From: a phage
NCBI GenBank assembly: GCA_012212665.1
Contig: GCA_012212665.1_4517.1
Length of the DNA: 64,000 nt
Direction: 5' to 3' (one strand)
Under the pieces are notes generated by a model. It was not told the DNA's origin, made no database searches, and saw only the letters and a list, made by a program, of their open reading frames with translations. The position numbers and the translations under genes are program-made. This document shows positions 27,004 to 35,974 of this stretch, in pieces; the first letter of the stretch is position 1; each line of letters starts with the position of its first letter.

Positions 27004-27498
27004 TCACAACTTATTGATATTTACTTTAATTCGCTTTCTTTTCTTGGAAGGAATTTGTTCTGGACCTTTATTTACGACTGCACCTGTAGTTGTTCCTGAT
27101 GCAATAGCTTGAGGGCTGCCACCTGAATCACCGGCCACCATATCCTCAAATAAAGGGAGTTCTTTAAATATTTCTTTCTGCTGTTCTTCCGTAATGTTAT
27201 AGCGTGAAGCTACAGCACTCCAGGCAGACATCATTGAGGCCATTCCATTAAGACCTGGAACAGTACTCATCATTCGCTTCATTGAACGAACTGAAGCGTG
27301 AAAAGGTGTATAAGCCGCTTTCTCTTCGGGAGTAGAAGGACGTTTAAGAACACTTCCACGTTCGTCGATTATTTTGGCTTCGTACGCTTTCCATTCGGTA
27401 AAAGGTTTTTGCATTAGTCGAATAAACTTATATGCGTAAACAGAATCTATTGCAGTGTTAATAATACCCATAGGTACCTCCTGAGTATATTTAATCAA
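27004..27498 (-). CDS. Hypothetical protein (61.1 position)
   Basis: ORF of 164 aa with basic C-terminal tail. Confidence 0.5.
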   Translation of the reverse strand: MIKYTQEVPMGIINTAIDSVYAYKFIRLMQKPFTEWKAYEAKIIDERGSVLKRPSTPEEKAAYTPFHASVRSMKRMMSTVPGLNGMASMMSAWSAVASRYNITEEQQKEIFKELPLFEDMVAGDSGGSPQAIASGTTTGAVVNKGPEQIPSKKRKRIKVNINKL

Positions 27499-27688
27499 TC
27501 ACAAAGATCGCTTTATCACCGTTCGCATCTGTGACTTCATATGTAGTGTCTTCATAGTGTGGAATATTCCAAATTACACCATCATTAGCTTTTACGCTAA
27601 TATGGTATTGGTGTTTTGAAACAACTTCATAATCTTCAAAACTTGTAAAAACACTAATTTTAGAACCAGTGCAAATTGCAGTAGTCAT
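27491..27688 (-). CDS. Hypothetical protein
   Basis: ORF of 65 aa. Confidence 0.4.
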   Translation of the reverse strand: MTTAICTGSKISVFTSFEDYEVVSKHQYHISVKANDGVIWNIPHYEDTTYEVTDANGDKAIFVID

Positions 27689-27689
27689 T

Positions 27690-28349
27690 TTAACCTCGAT
27701 TCATAAATGCATTAAATATTTGGTCATCAACAGAAATTTCTAATTCGGCTTCAATTGCTTCAGCCTTTTCTTCAGGTGGTAATTCGTATCCACACACTAC
27801 AATTTTTTCATCGATATCAAAATATACAGAAGCAATACGATTAATGTTACTTTCAGTTAAGTCTAAATCAACATCAACATCTTTTTGACCTACACTTAAA
27901 GGATAACTAATACGGGTTATTTTATTATCTTTAACAAAGAGTCCACCAACATACTCTGTACTACGTTTGAAGTTTACACGTTTCCGAATTGAAAGATATG
28001 ATACATCTTTACCGTGAGCTCGGCTCATAGGACATAATGAATAGCTAGAATAAGAGATGTCAAATCCTACACCTTCAATATGAGCCAACGTGTCATGAGT
28101 AAACCAATTATAATCATATGCCAAATCCATTAAATTATAATATGTGAAAGGCACTGGATTAACATCATATGTTGTACCTTTAAAATCAGCCCAGGCAACG
28201 ATTTCGTTATCTTTAACAATTACAAAAATTACACCAATATGGTATCCGTTATTATTTTCATTCGGCGTTATATTATAACATTGTGCATTAGGAAATTTAC
28301 CATATTTAAATGGTGCGTTTTTGTGCATGTAATAAATCATATTATTCAC
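27690..28349 (-). CDS. Hypothetical protein
   Basis: ORF of 219 aa. Confidence 0.5.
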   Translation of the reverse strand: MNNMIYYMHKNAPFKYGKFPNAQCYNITPNENNNGYHIGVIFVIVKDNEIVAWADFKGTTYDVNPVPFTYYNLMDLAYDYNWFTHDTLAHIEGVGFDISYSSYSLCPMSRAHGKDVSYLSIRKRVNFKRSTEYVGGLFVKDNKITRISYPLSVGQKDVDVDLDLTESNINRIASVYFDIDEKIVVCGYELPPEEKAEAIEAELEISVDDQIFNAFMNRG

Positions 28350-28635
28350 CTGTGATTTCGGTTACGATATCTTTGTTATCGAAATTAGGGTCACAATACA
28401 AAACATAGTTGTACTGCATGATACCGCCAGACTTAAGTTGTTCAACAACTTTATTAACCATATTAGGACGGTCTCGTTTAGTGATGTTCATGATATCAGA
28501 GAAGATTTGTTGTTCAACATCTTCTTGATTTGCAGTCATTGACCACTCACAGAGGTCTTTATCATAACCTGCTGTAACTGGAGCTGGTGCACATGATACT
28601 GCGAGTAAGATTGCTGCCAATGATAACTTTTTCAT
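28342..28635 (-). CDS. sp: Spackle periplasmic protein (superinfection exclusion, lysozyme inhibitor)
   Basis: 97 aa with signal peptide; GYDKDLCEWSMTA and KSGG.MQYNYVLYCD match T4 Sp (gene 61.3). Confidence 0.8.
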   Translation of the reverse strand: MKKLSLAAILLAVSCAPAPVTAGYDKDLCEWSMTANQEDVEQQIFSDIMNITKRDRPNMVNKVVEQLKSGGIMQYNYVLYCDPNFDNKDIVTEITGE

Positions 28636-28663
28636 TTTAACTCCTTAGTTGATTTGATAGGAC

Positions 28664-28694
28664 TACTATACCATAGTCCATCTATAATGTAAAC
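28664..28694 (-). promoter_or_regulatory. Early promoter upstream of sp
   Basis: Minus strand GTTTAC...TGGTATAGT; shares the GGACTACTATACCATA block with 7541 and 8053. Confidence 0.5.
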
Positions 28695-28698
28695 AAGT

Positions 28699-28947
28699 TT
28701 ATTCTTTTTCGCGAATAATAATTACTTGTTGAGGCTGCTGAGCAGATTTCTTTTCGGCAACGATAGACCAAATTAAAGTTCCAATCCAACCAACCATCGT
28801 CCAGTTAAAGAGTAAAGATACAAAGAAGATTGCTGTTGTGCTTTTTGTGCCACGAATAAGTGCGATTACCCAAGGCAACATGTAAATGATGATCGAACCA
28901 ATACCTGCGATTAAAACTGCTACTGAACTAGCTACGAATAATTCCAT
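28699..28947 (-). CDS. Small membrane protein, superinfection-immunity-like
   Basis: 82 aa with two TM helices; motif WVIALIRG resembles the superinfection immunity protein family. Confidence 0.45.
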   Translation of the reverse strand: MELFVASSVAVLIAGIGSIIIYMLPWVIALIRGTKSTTAIFFVSLLFNWTMVGWIGTLIWSIVAEKKSAQQPQQVIIIREKE

Positions 28948-29008
28948 GTTAATTTCCTCTTGATTTGTTATGTTTATAGTATCTTGTTTTAACTTTGGCG
29001 TAAACCAA

Positions 29009-29377
29009 TTAATTAAATTTGTTTAAACGTTCAATACACTGGACGTAGTTATTCGCGATTTGTTTCTGGGTAGGCTCTTTACCAGTTGTTTCAACATAGC
29101 GAATGAATGCGATTTCAGTAGCCTGTAAGCAATGTTCTTTAACGCGTTGTTCTTTTGACAATGCTACAGTATCAGAGTCACGATAACGTTGAGCATGGGC
29201 ATCAGCTTGAATCATTCGATTACCTACAGTAACCGGGTCTTCTACTTCAACTTTAGGTTGGTTGTACTGTTTAACATTCGGGTTATAAATCAATTGGCCA
29301 ACATTATTAGGGATAAAGCCGTGAGCACCACATCCAGTTAATCCAAATACCATTGCTAAAGCGATTAATTTTTTCAT
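29009..29377 (-). CDS. Putative lipoprotein
   Basis: 122 aa; signal peptide with lipobox LTGC. Confidence 0.5.
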   Translation of the reverse strand: MKKLIALAMVFGLTGCGAHGFIPNNVGQLIYNPNVKQYNQPKVEVEDPVTVGNRMIQADAHAQRYRDSDTVALSKEQRVKEHCLQATEIAFIRYVETTGKEPTQKQIANNYVQCIERLNKFN

Positions 29378-29448
29378 TTCAATTTCCTCTGTAGTTGATA
29401 GAAAGATAGTAACACAGTATGCGGTGCTTGTAAACAGTTATTTTAAAA

Positions 29449-29637
29449 TTATCGAAAATCTGCTTCGAAAACTTTCTCGTCATTAATAAATGCTTTAACT
29501 AATGCATTGTTCACTTCAGCAAGTTGTACCGTAACCCACTCGATTTCTTCGCGATCACCTGATAATATGATATCTTTAGTGAACATCTCGCCGCTTTTAA
29601 ACCAGCCAATAAAAGTAACTTTAGTTAATTTGCTCAT
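29449..29637 (-). CDS. dmd: Dmd antitoxin (inhibitor of host RnlA/LsoA toxins)
   Basis: About 62 aa; matches T4 Dmd (V.F.GWFK...MFTK.I......V....AEVN.ALVKAFI.D.KV.E.D.R). Confidence 0.75.
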   Translation of the reverse strand: MSKLTKVTFIGWFKSGEMFTKDIILSGDREEIEWVTVQLAEVNNALVKAFINDEKVFEADFR

Positions 29638-29951
29638 ATTTCCTCGCAAAATGCCCATTCAGCATGATAAACTGTAGCACCTTTAGTATCATTCATTTGA
29701 ACTACATCTACCGGAGAAATTACTCGATAGAGACGTGGTTCACCTCCATAAGAGCGTGCTGCTCGTCCTGCGTAAATCTTTGCTAAACCGATATCTTCAG
29801 TAAAGAATACACGATTCAAGTTTTTCTTACGTCCGGTTTCAGACAGAACTCCTGTTTCTTCAGGAGGACAAAGCATGTTTTCGATTTTAGCTGAACTACT
29901 TGAACCGTGATAAAAAATCTTAAATTCTGCTTTACAATCGATGGTTTTCAT
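29634..29951 (-). CDS. Hypothetical protein
   Basis: ORF of 105 aa with GGAGAA Shine-Dalgarno. Confidence 0.5.
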   Translation of the reverse strand: MKTIDCKAEFKIFYHGSSSSAKIENMLCPPEETGVLSETGRKKNLNRVFFTEDIGLAKIYAGRAARSYGGEPRLYRVISPVDVVQMNDTKGATVYHAEWAFCEEI

Positions 29952-29978
29952 TTTGTTCTCCAGTAGTTGATAGGTCTA

Positions 29979-30006
29979 TAATAACACAACTACTGGAGAA
30001 GTAAAC
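29979..30006 (-). promoter_or_regulatory. Early promoter inside a Shine-Dalgarno-sequestering inverted repeat
   Basis: Minus strand GTTTAC-17 nt-TATTAT; 12-bp arms CUCCAGUAGUUG / CAACUACUGGAG flank the -10 and the 3' arm carries the Shine-Dalgarno. Confidence 0.55.
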
Positions 30007-30381
30007 TTAAAAACGTAATTTAGATATATCTGCGTTGATTTCGTTTTGGTTTGCGTCGTATGCAATTAAACGAACCGCTTTAGATGGGTCATTCAATGCA
30101 TAGAAATGATGGAACATTGCTCGAACGATATCACCATTTACGAGTTCTACCTGGATAGGAGAACCTTTTTCGAGTTGGAAATGTTCATAAGCTTTGATGG
30201 TTCGCAGATAATCAAGTTTTTGATTTCCAGCTCCAACTATTTGTACGATACGTTTGCCCATGTTTTCCATACGAGATACAATAGTTTTAGGAGCAAGAAT
30301 AACGTAGGTTGCCAGTGGAGAAACTACTTCAACAGTTGTGTTTTCGGTGATTGCAGTAAAAATTGCTTGAGACATATTCAT
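30007..30381 (-). CDS. Hypothetical protein
   Basis: ORF of 124 aa. Confidence 0.5.
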   Translation of the reverse strand: MNMSQAIFTAITENTTVEVVSPLATYVILAPKTIVSRMENMGKRIVQIVGAGNQKLDYLRTIKAYEHFQLEKGSPIQVELVNGDIVRAMFHHFYALNDPSKAVRLIAYDANQNEINADISKLRF

Positions 30382-30410
30382 AATGTTTTCCTCTTGGTTG
30401 GTGTAAGTTC

Positions 30411-30440
30411 ATCATATCATGCCTAGAGGAAGATGTAAAC
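30411..30440 (-). promoter_or_regulatory. Early promoter
   Basis: Minus strand GTTTACATC-...-TGATATGAT. Confidence 0.45.
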
Positions 30441-30447
30441 CCCGAAA

Positions 30448-30463
30448 GGAGACCGAAGTCTCC
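30448..30463. terminator. UUCG-tetraloop hairpin downstream of gene 41 (terminator-like, strand ambiguous)
   Basis: GGAGAC-CGAA-GUCUCC; a T-run follows on the plus strand and UUUCGGGG on the minus strand. Confidence 0.4.
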
Positions 30464-30469
30464 TTTTTA

Positions 30470-31912
30470 TTAAAATTTTAACTCATTGGCTAAGCTATCT
30501 AGGTCCGCCCGTGTTGCTTTGGCTTTACCTACGCGTTCCGTGCGATTCACCTCTGCCTGACGCATCTGAGCACCTGCGTTTTCATTTACCGTGTTAGGTG
30601 TGTTCATGCCTTCTTGCTCAATCTCAACCCATTTCTGATTGCCTTTACGTACACCCATCAAGAACTTGTTCCACTTATTCTTATCACCGTATCGTGATTT
30701 GATTTGTTTGATAAGTTGTTGTTCAGCTTGTGCAAGTTCTTCGGTTTCAATTACAGCCAACATGAAATCTGCCGTTGCTGGTAAACCTGCTGATTCTGCG
30801 ATATCACTCATGTTCATGTCTGAAGCATCCCATGCTGCACGTCCTACTTGAGCTGCAGTCCATAGAACTGTTTCAGATTCTACTGCTAATGCACGAAGTT
30901 CTTCTGCGATAGCTTTAACTAATGTGTAGCTATTTTCAGTGTAAACTCTGATACGACAAGACCCACAAATACCTAAGTAATCGACTATGATTACAGACGG
31001 CACAAAGTTCTTCTTGAGTTTCAATTCATTAAGCAATGCACGGAATGTATTAGCATTAGCTCCACCAGTAGGATACTGTTTGACTACTAAACGTCCTAAT
31101 GTTGATTTTGAACGCCATTTTTCCATCTTGGCTTTATATTCAGCATAAGATACATTACCATCATCGATATCATCGAGTGATACGTCAAGCATGTTTGCAT
31201 CTATACGCTTAGCACAAACTTCTTCAGCCATTTCCATGGAAATATAAAGAACATTATGTCCTGTTTGAAGATAATCTGCAGCAAGTGAACAAAGGCCTAA
31301 AGATTTACCAACGTTAACACCGGCCATTAAAACGTTCAGTGTACCTGTTTCTGCACCGCCTTTGGTGATTTTATTCAAAATGTTTAATTTGAACGGGACC
31401 TTACGTGCTTTATTTAGATAAGAAAGCCAGCGTGCTTCATAGTCTTCCATCCAGTCATGACCAACATAACTATCAAACGAAATTGAAAGTGCTTGACGCA
31501 TAATATCAGGAATAGCTCCTACGTCAGGCATTTTCTTGTTACGTTGTTCTGGAGGTAGTTCAGCATTAGACTGAATCTCAATGATTTTGGATGTAGCATT
31601 ATACATCGCTTTTTGCTGAACATATTTCTCAGTTTCTTTAACCAACCATTCATGGTCTTCAGGAGTGTCAGCCAATTTTTCAATTAGGTCTGAAGTTCCT
31701 TTATATTCGGCTTCAGTTAAAGAACTGTTATCTAAAGCCACCTTTAATGCATTGATAGATGGCATTGCATTATATTCGTTAACGTGGCTCTTTATAATTT
31801 TAAAGACATTTTTTGCCGGTCCACGCTCAAAATACTCAGAATCCATATAAGGCCAGACCTTAGAAAAATAAGCCTGGTCATATACGAGATGAGACAAAAT
31901 AATTTCTACCAC
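30470..31912 (-). CDS. 41: Replicative DNA helicase gp41 (DnaB-like)
   Basis: 480 aa; Walker A GVNVGKS and DnaB-family motifs; T4 synteny. Confidence 0.9.
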   Translation of the reverse strand: MVEIILSHLVYDQAYFSKVWPYMDSEYFERGPAKNVFKIIKSHVNEYNAMPSINALKVALDNSSLTEAEYKGTSDLIEKLADTPEDHEWLVKETEKYVQQKAMYNATSKIIEIQSNAELPPEQRNKKMPDVGAIPDIMRQALSISFDSYVGHDWMEDYEARWLSYLNKARKVPFKLNILNKITKGGAETGTLNVLMAGVNVGKSLGLCSLAADYLQTGHNVLYISMEMAEEVCAKRIDANMLDVSLDDIDDGNVSYAEYKAKMEKWRSKSTLGRLVVKQYPTGGANANTFRALLNELKLKKNFVPSVIIVDYLGICGSCRIRVYTENSYTLVKAIAEELRALAVESETVLWTAAQVGRAAWDASDMNMSDIAESAGLPATADFMLAVIETEELAQAEQQLIKQIKSRYGDKNKWNKFLMGVRKGNQKWVEIEQEGMNTPNTVNENAGAQMRQAEVNRTERVGKAKATRADLDSLANELKF

Positions 31913-31921
31913 GATAACTCC

Positions 31922-32263
31922 TTAAAAGAATTTAAATTTTTTCTTGGTTCGTTCATTAAAAGCTTGTTGTACCTGCATTGTAACACATTTTTCAACATGT
32001 GGTGCAAGTTCTGCTTTTCTGTCCTGGTCAAGAACTGCAAAGTCCATTACGATTTTACCATCAACCCAATCTAGTTTTGTAATATAGACTATATGATGGG
32101 AACCATCTTCAAGTGTAATCAGAATCTCTTGAATGACATTTTCCATTGCTGAACGGATAATTTTAAGAGATTCATTAAACACTCGTTCTTTGCGAATGTC
32201 TTCCCCTTCCGAAGAAGGGGATTCATCAACGATTTCTAGATTTAAATCATCGAGATTATTCAT
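31922..32263 (-). CDS. 40: Head vertex assembly protein gp40
   Basis: About 113 aa from internal Met MNNLDDLNLEIVDES; position between 41 and uvsX. Confidence 0.55.
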   Translation of the reverse strand: MNNLDDLNLEIVDESPSSEGEDIRKERVFNESLKIIRSAMENVIQEILITLEDGSHHIVYITKLDWVDGKIVMDFAVLDQDRKAELAPHVEKCVTMQVQQAFNERTKKKFKFF

Positions 32264-33428
32264 CGAAATCTTCCATTTCGTCAAGGTCGTTTTCAATATC
32301 TGCTGCAGACGGAGCATCAGAAGCTTTAACCGGAACTTTAGTTGTTGCTTTGCAATTAATAAGGTCGTTAACAGCGTCATCAACTTCTTTAATAGAAGAG
32401 ATAGCGCCTAGTTTATATTTAGTTTCAATTGCATCTCGGAAAGGTTTGTGTTTAAACAACGGTCCCCAGAATTCTACACAATCAGTAGCTTTAGCACGCC
32501 ATGATTTCTCTTCACGAACCATTTCGCCTGTTTCTTCGTCAAGAAATTCGCGAGCATACCAACCGGCTTTAGGTTTAACTACAAAACCAATTTCAGTTGC
32601 CATTTCTAGCAAGCCACTGAATGGGTCAATACCGCCATCAAAATTAACCGTGATCGGGAAAGTAGATTTCTCTTTAACTGTACGAGATTTTTCTGCTTTC
32701 AACGTGAAGTCATAACCGGTCAATTCTGTACCTTCTTTAACCTGACGTTTAGAGATAAAGAATACAGTGTTAGCAGAGTAAAGAATACCTGTACCACCAC
32801 CCATAATCTCTTTAGGATATAGTCCGCCGATTTCCATTGCTGTATGGTTGATTGCAACACATGGAATATCTTTAATAGTCAGATACGGGGTTACAATACG
32901 GAAAAGAGATTTAAGTGCCTTAGCACGAGACATATCACCTACGACTTTCTCGTTCAATGCATCTTCGGTTTCTTTCTTAGATGCAGTATTACCGATTGAA
33001 TCGATAAAGATAATAACTTTATCACCGCGTTCAATAGCGTCAAGCTGATTAGTCATATCAACTTTAAGTTGTTCGACGGACTGAATTGGTGTGTGAACTA
33101 CACGGTCTAAATCAACACCCATTGAACGAAAATAAGATTCTGAAGCACCAAATTCCGAGTCATAAAACAAACAGATTGCATCTTTATATTTCTTCATATA
33201 CGCTGCAACCATAGTCAGCCCAAACAATGTTTTAAAATGTTTAGAAGGTGCAGCAAAAATAGTCAAGCCTGATTGCAATCCTGCATTCAGAGCACCACCT
33301 AGTGCGATATTCAACATCGGAATACGAGTAGGGACTTCATCACGATTATTAAACAGCTTAGACTTAGTCAAGTCTGCAGTCATTTTAGAAGTAGAAGCTT
33401 TAATCAGACGAGATTTTAAATCAGACAT
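32256..33428 (-). CDS. uvsX: Recombinase UvsX (RecA-like)
   Basis: 390 aa; RecA-fold Walker A (AAPSKHFKT) and T4 UvsX N-terminus MSDLKSRLIKASTSK. Confidence 0.9.
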   Translation of the reverse strand: MSDLKSRLIKASTSKMTADLTKSKLFNNRDEVPTRIPMLNIALGGALNAGLQSGLTIFAAPSKHFKTLFGLTMVAAYMKKYKDAICLFYDSEFGASESYFRSMGVDLDRVVHTPIQSVEQLKVDMTNQLDAIERGDKVIIFIDSIGNTASKKETEDALNEKVVGDMSRAKALKSLFRIVTPYLTIKDIPCVAINHTAMEIGGLYPKEIMGGGTGILYSANTVFFISKRQVKEGTELTGYDFTLKAEKSRTVKEKSTFPITVNFDGGIDPFSGLLEMATEIGFVVKPKAGWYAREFLDEETGEMVREEKSWRAKATDCVEFWGPLFKHKPFRDAIETKYKLGAISSIKEVDDAVNDLINCKATTKVPVKASDAPSAADIENDLDEMEDFDE

Positions 33429-33526
33429 TGTATTTTTCCATAGGCATCATTATATTTTACTCATGTTTAAAAGATAAGACGATTATATACTAAGGGTTAT
33501 ACAGCATTTAAAACTTTAAATGGCTC

Positions 33527-34075
33527 TTAACGAGCCCATTTGATGATTTCTGTAATCAAACCATTACGTTCGCTTGCATTAAATCCTATAACTTTGTTAG
33601 CACCATCATGATTAAGTAATTGATATGTTTGGATTTTGTTATGAATTGCAAACTCTTCAAAATGTGAAATGACTGTATTAAAACCGAATGAAGACAAAGT
33701 AATAAGGTCGTCTTCAAAACTTTCAGTCATTTCATTACGTGTTAAAATAATTGTGAACACATCATGGTTTTGGCAAAGACGAACATAGTCCTGTTCATAA
33801 ACGTCAAGAACCGAGTCCGCATCTTGTCGAATACGTCCATAAACCCAGTTACTAATATATCCACGGTCTAACAGATAAATCTTAGTAGGGTCTAAATAAT
33901 TCAACATCGTTTCGAAACAGCCAACTTCATTTCGAGACTTAACATCGAAACGTCCATCAACTGTTCGTTTAGGGAAATCAATCTTTACATATCTTTCACT
34001 AATTTCCATTATGTCATTAATGAAAGTTGTTTTACCAGCATTATCTGGGCCGTCTACTAAAATAATTTTAGCCAT
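33527..34075 (-). CDS. P-loop nucleotide/nucleoside kinase-like protein (thymidylate kinase / dNK fold)
   Basis: 182 aa; Walker A GPDNAGKTT and LLDRGYIS (DRY/DRH-like) motif; part of the uvsX-43 insertion. Confidence 0.5.
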   Translation of the reverse strand: MAKIILVDGPDNAGKTTFINDIMEISERYVKIDFPKRTVDGRFDVKSRNEVGCFETMLNYLDPTKIYLLDRGYISNWVYGRIRQDADSVLDVYEQDYVRLCQNHDVFTIILTRNEMTESFEDDLITLSSFGFNTVISHFEEFAIHNKIQTYQLLNHDGANKVIGFNASERNGLITEIIKWAR

Positions 34076-34076
34076 T

Positions 34077-34976
34077 TTATTCCTCGATTACGACATCTTC
34101 GTATTTAGGTATATTATACGGTGAAGAAATTAAAGCATTAAAGTAGATGAACTCACCAAGACCTGGATGGAATACTTCTTCAGGATTTTCGAAATATTGA
34201 ATCTTCGGACGTCCTTTAAGAATTTGATAGTACTCAGTTTTAGTTGGATTAAAAATTCGAATCAGCGCTTCTTCAGGATACTTATTTCTGTCGAAGCTAT
34301 TATTTGGATCGGTTATATAAAGCGGTTGACCTAATTGAATTGCACATTCAACCACTTGTTCAAAACGATAACATGGGTCACTAATTCGAAATGGATGAAA
34401 AATACCATCTAGATGAATAGGAGCCAAATCACCTACAAGACGCTGCATGATGGAAGGACGTATAACTTTCTGAGTTACGATAATCTTATTACCATCTGCA
34501 CCTGCGTTAACCAGCACTTCCTTTTGACGTTCATTCAACACAGTAGTTTGAAGTGAACGATTAACTGACAACATATCGGTTTTTAAGAATTCATCAATAT
34601 AAAAGCGTGGTTTATTAGGGTCTGCAGTGATATTGAAATTGAATTCTACGTCAAAAGCGCCATCATATCCAGTGATATCTGTGATTAGAAAATCACAATC
34701 ATAATAAGCAATTAATGAATCAACAACAAATTCATTTTCAGACCAGAAATATTTACGAGTGTTATACGCGTTATCTTTATACCATAATGGAACAAACTTA
34801 AATTCTGGGAAAAGACGTTCACATTCTTTAATATCAGATGCATTACGTGGATATGTAATCACATCACCCGGATTAGCACGGTGCAAATGAAGTTGGAAGT
34901 TGCCATCCTTAAGGATAGCATACTGTCCAGTTTCATAAGACCGCATACTCAAGATTGGTACGCGGAAAATAGCCAT
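34077..34976 (-). CDS. Hypothetical protein at the T4 beta-gt locus; candidate modification transferase
   Basis: 299 aa, no recognisable motif; occupies the position of beta-glucosyltransferase between uvsX and gene 42. Confidence 0.4.
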   Translation of the reverse strand: MAIFRVPILSMRSYETGQYAILKDGNFQLHLHRANPGDVITYPRNASDIKECERLFPEFKFVPLWYKDNAYNTRKYFWSENEFVVDSLIAYYDCDFLITDITGYDGAFDVEFNFNITADPNKPRFYIDEFLKTDMLSVNRSLQTTVLNERQKEVLVNAGADGNKIIVTQKVIRPSIMQRLVGDLAPIHLDGIFHPFRISDPCYRFEQVVECAIQLGQPLYITDPNNSFDRNKYPEEALIRIFNPTKTEYYQILKGRPKIQYFENPEEVFHPGLGEFIYFNALISSPYNIPKYEDVVIEE

Positions 34977-35692
34977 TAGTCAAGGAATCCTTTAACATAA
35001 TCAAAATCACGTTCAAACACATGGGCACTTACCATGGTATGAGTATAATCACCAACTTCTACACCGCATTCGTTAGCGATATAATGAAGTAATTTTCCTT
35101 GGAGATAAAAATCCAACTGCATAACAACAGCACAGTTCTGAGAACGCATATGGCAGTGGGTATAAAGCTTACCATCACGAATATAATAAGTCACTGAGTC
35201 AGTACATGGATATTCAAGTGTTTCGTCCGAATCAAGCAAAGCCTGATCAGAACTTTCTAGAATTTGGAACACAACTCTTCGAGAGTTAGGTTTCTCTTTA
35301 AGTTCTTTTAGAAGAGCTGGTAATTGGGCCGCAATGCGAGGACCATAGAAAGTGTTGAAGTTCGCCGGCAAAGCGTCTGATTTAGGTTTAGAAATAAATT
35401 TAGCGACATTAGGATATGCCTTAAACGCTTCTTCTGCATCAGTACCACCAGAAATCATAAACTTCCAGAAGTCTTCGGCATATTCATAAGAGATGCGGTT
35501 AATACGTGGGTCGGTCATTTTGAATGATGATGGATTGTCAACAACTACTGTCATGGACCCAATTTCATTACAACGTCCAATACGAGAATCAGTTACGAAT
35601 TCAGGGTTTTCTAAAATTTCACGATTGACTGCTTTAAATGCGGTTTGAAAATCTGCGGCTTTGATATATTTCATTGTGTTATGTTTTCCCAT
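34976..35692 (-). CDS. 42: dCMP hydroxymethylase gp42 (thymidylate synthase family)
   Basis: 238 aa; active-site region YPCTDSVTYYIRDGKL...HMRSQN aligns with T4 gp42 (FMCTNTVQYLIRD...NMRSND). Confidence 0.85.
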   Translation of the reverse strand: MGKHNTMKYIKAADFQTAFKAVNREILENPEFVTDSRIGRCNEIGSMTVVVDNPSSFKMTDPRINRISYEYAEDFWKFMISGGTDAEEAFKAYPNVAKFISKPKSDALPANFNTFYGPRIAAQLPALLKELKEKPNSRRVVFQILESSDQALLDSDETLEYPCTDSVTYYIRDGKLYTHCHMRSQNCAVVMQLDFYLQGKLLHYIANECGVEVGDYTHTMVSAHVFERDFDYVKGFLD

Positions 35693-35734
35693 GTTTACCT
35701 CAATACAATTTATTATATACTCAATTCATAAAGC

Positions 35735-35974
35735 TTATTTGAATTTCTTGGCAATGTTGATATAACGTAAAGCTTCAGAATCTATACTTCCAAGAACACT
35801 ATGAAGGAATGCATCAGTGTAGTATTCCAATTGAACAGGTTCTTTAATCACTTTAGCCGCTTTGGTTTCAAACAGGCCCATAAGGGCCTTTTTAAGAATT
35901 TGTTCGTTAGTGTTCAGTTTCATAGTCAAAATCTCTTCGTTAAGTTTATAATTAAAACTTTTTCTAGAAATCAT
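35735..35974 (-). CDS. Hypothetical protein (imm position, but not hydrophobic)
   Basis: ORF of 79 aa between gene 42 and the Cys-rich protein. Confidence 0.4.
   Translation of the reverse strand: MISRKSFNYKLNEEILTMKLNTNEQILKKALMGLFETKAAKVIKEPVQLEYYTDAFLHSVLGSIDSEALRYINIAKKFK

Noticed and set aside
7541-28694. Possible CRISPR array or other repeat array suggested by recurring 30-40-bp identical blocks
   Set aside because: The repeats are irregularly spaced (512 bp and then about 20 kb apart), each sits 20-50 nt upstream of a start codon and contains -35/-10 hexamers. They are promoters, not a repeat-spacer array.
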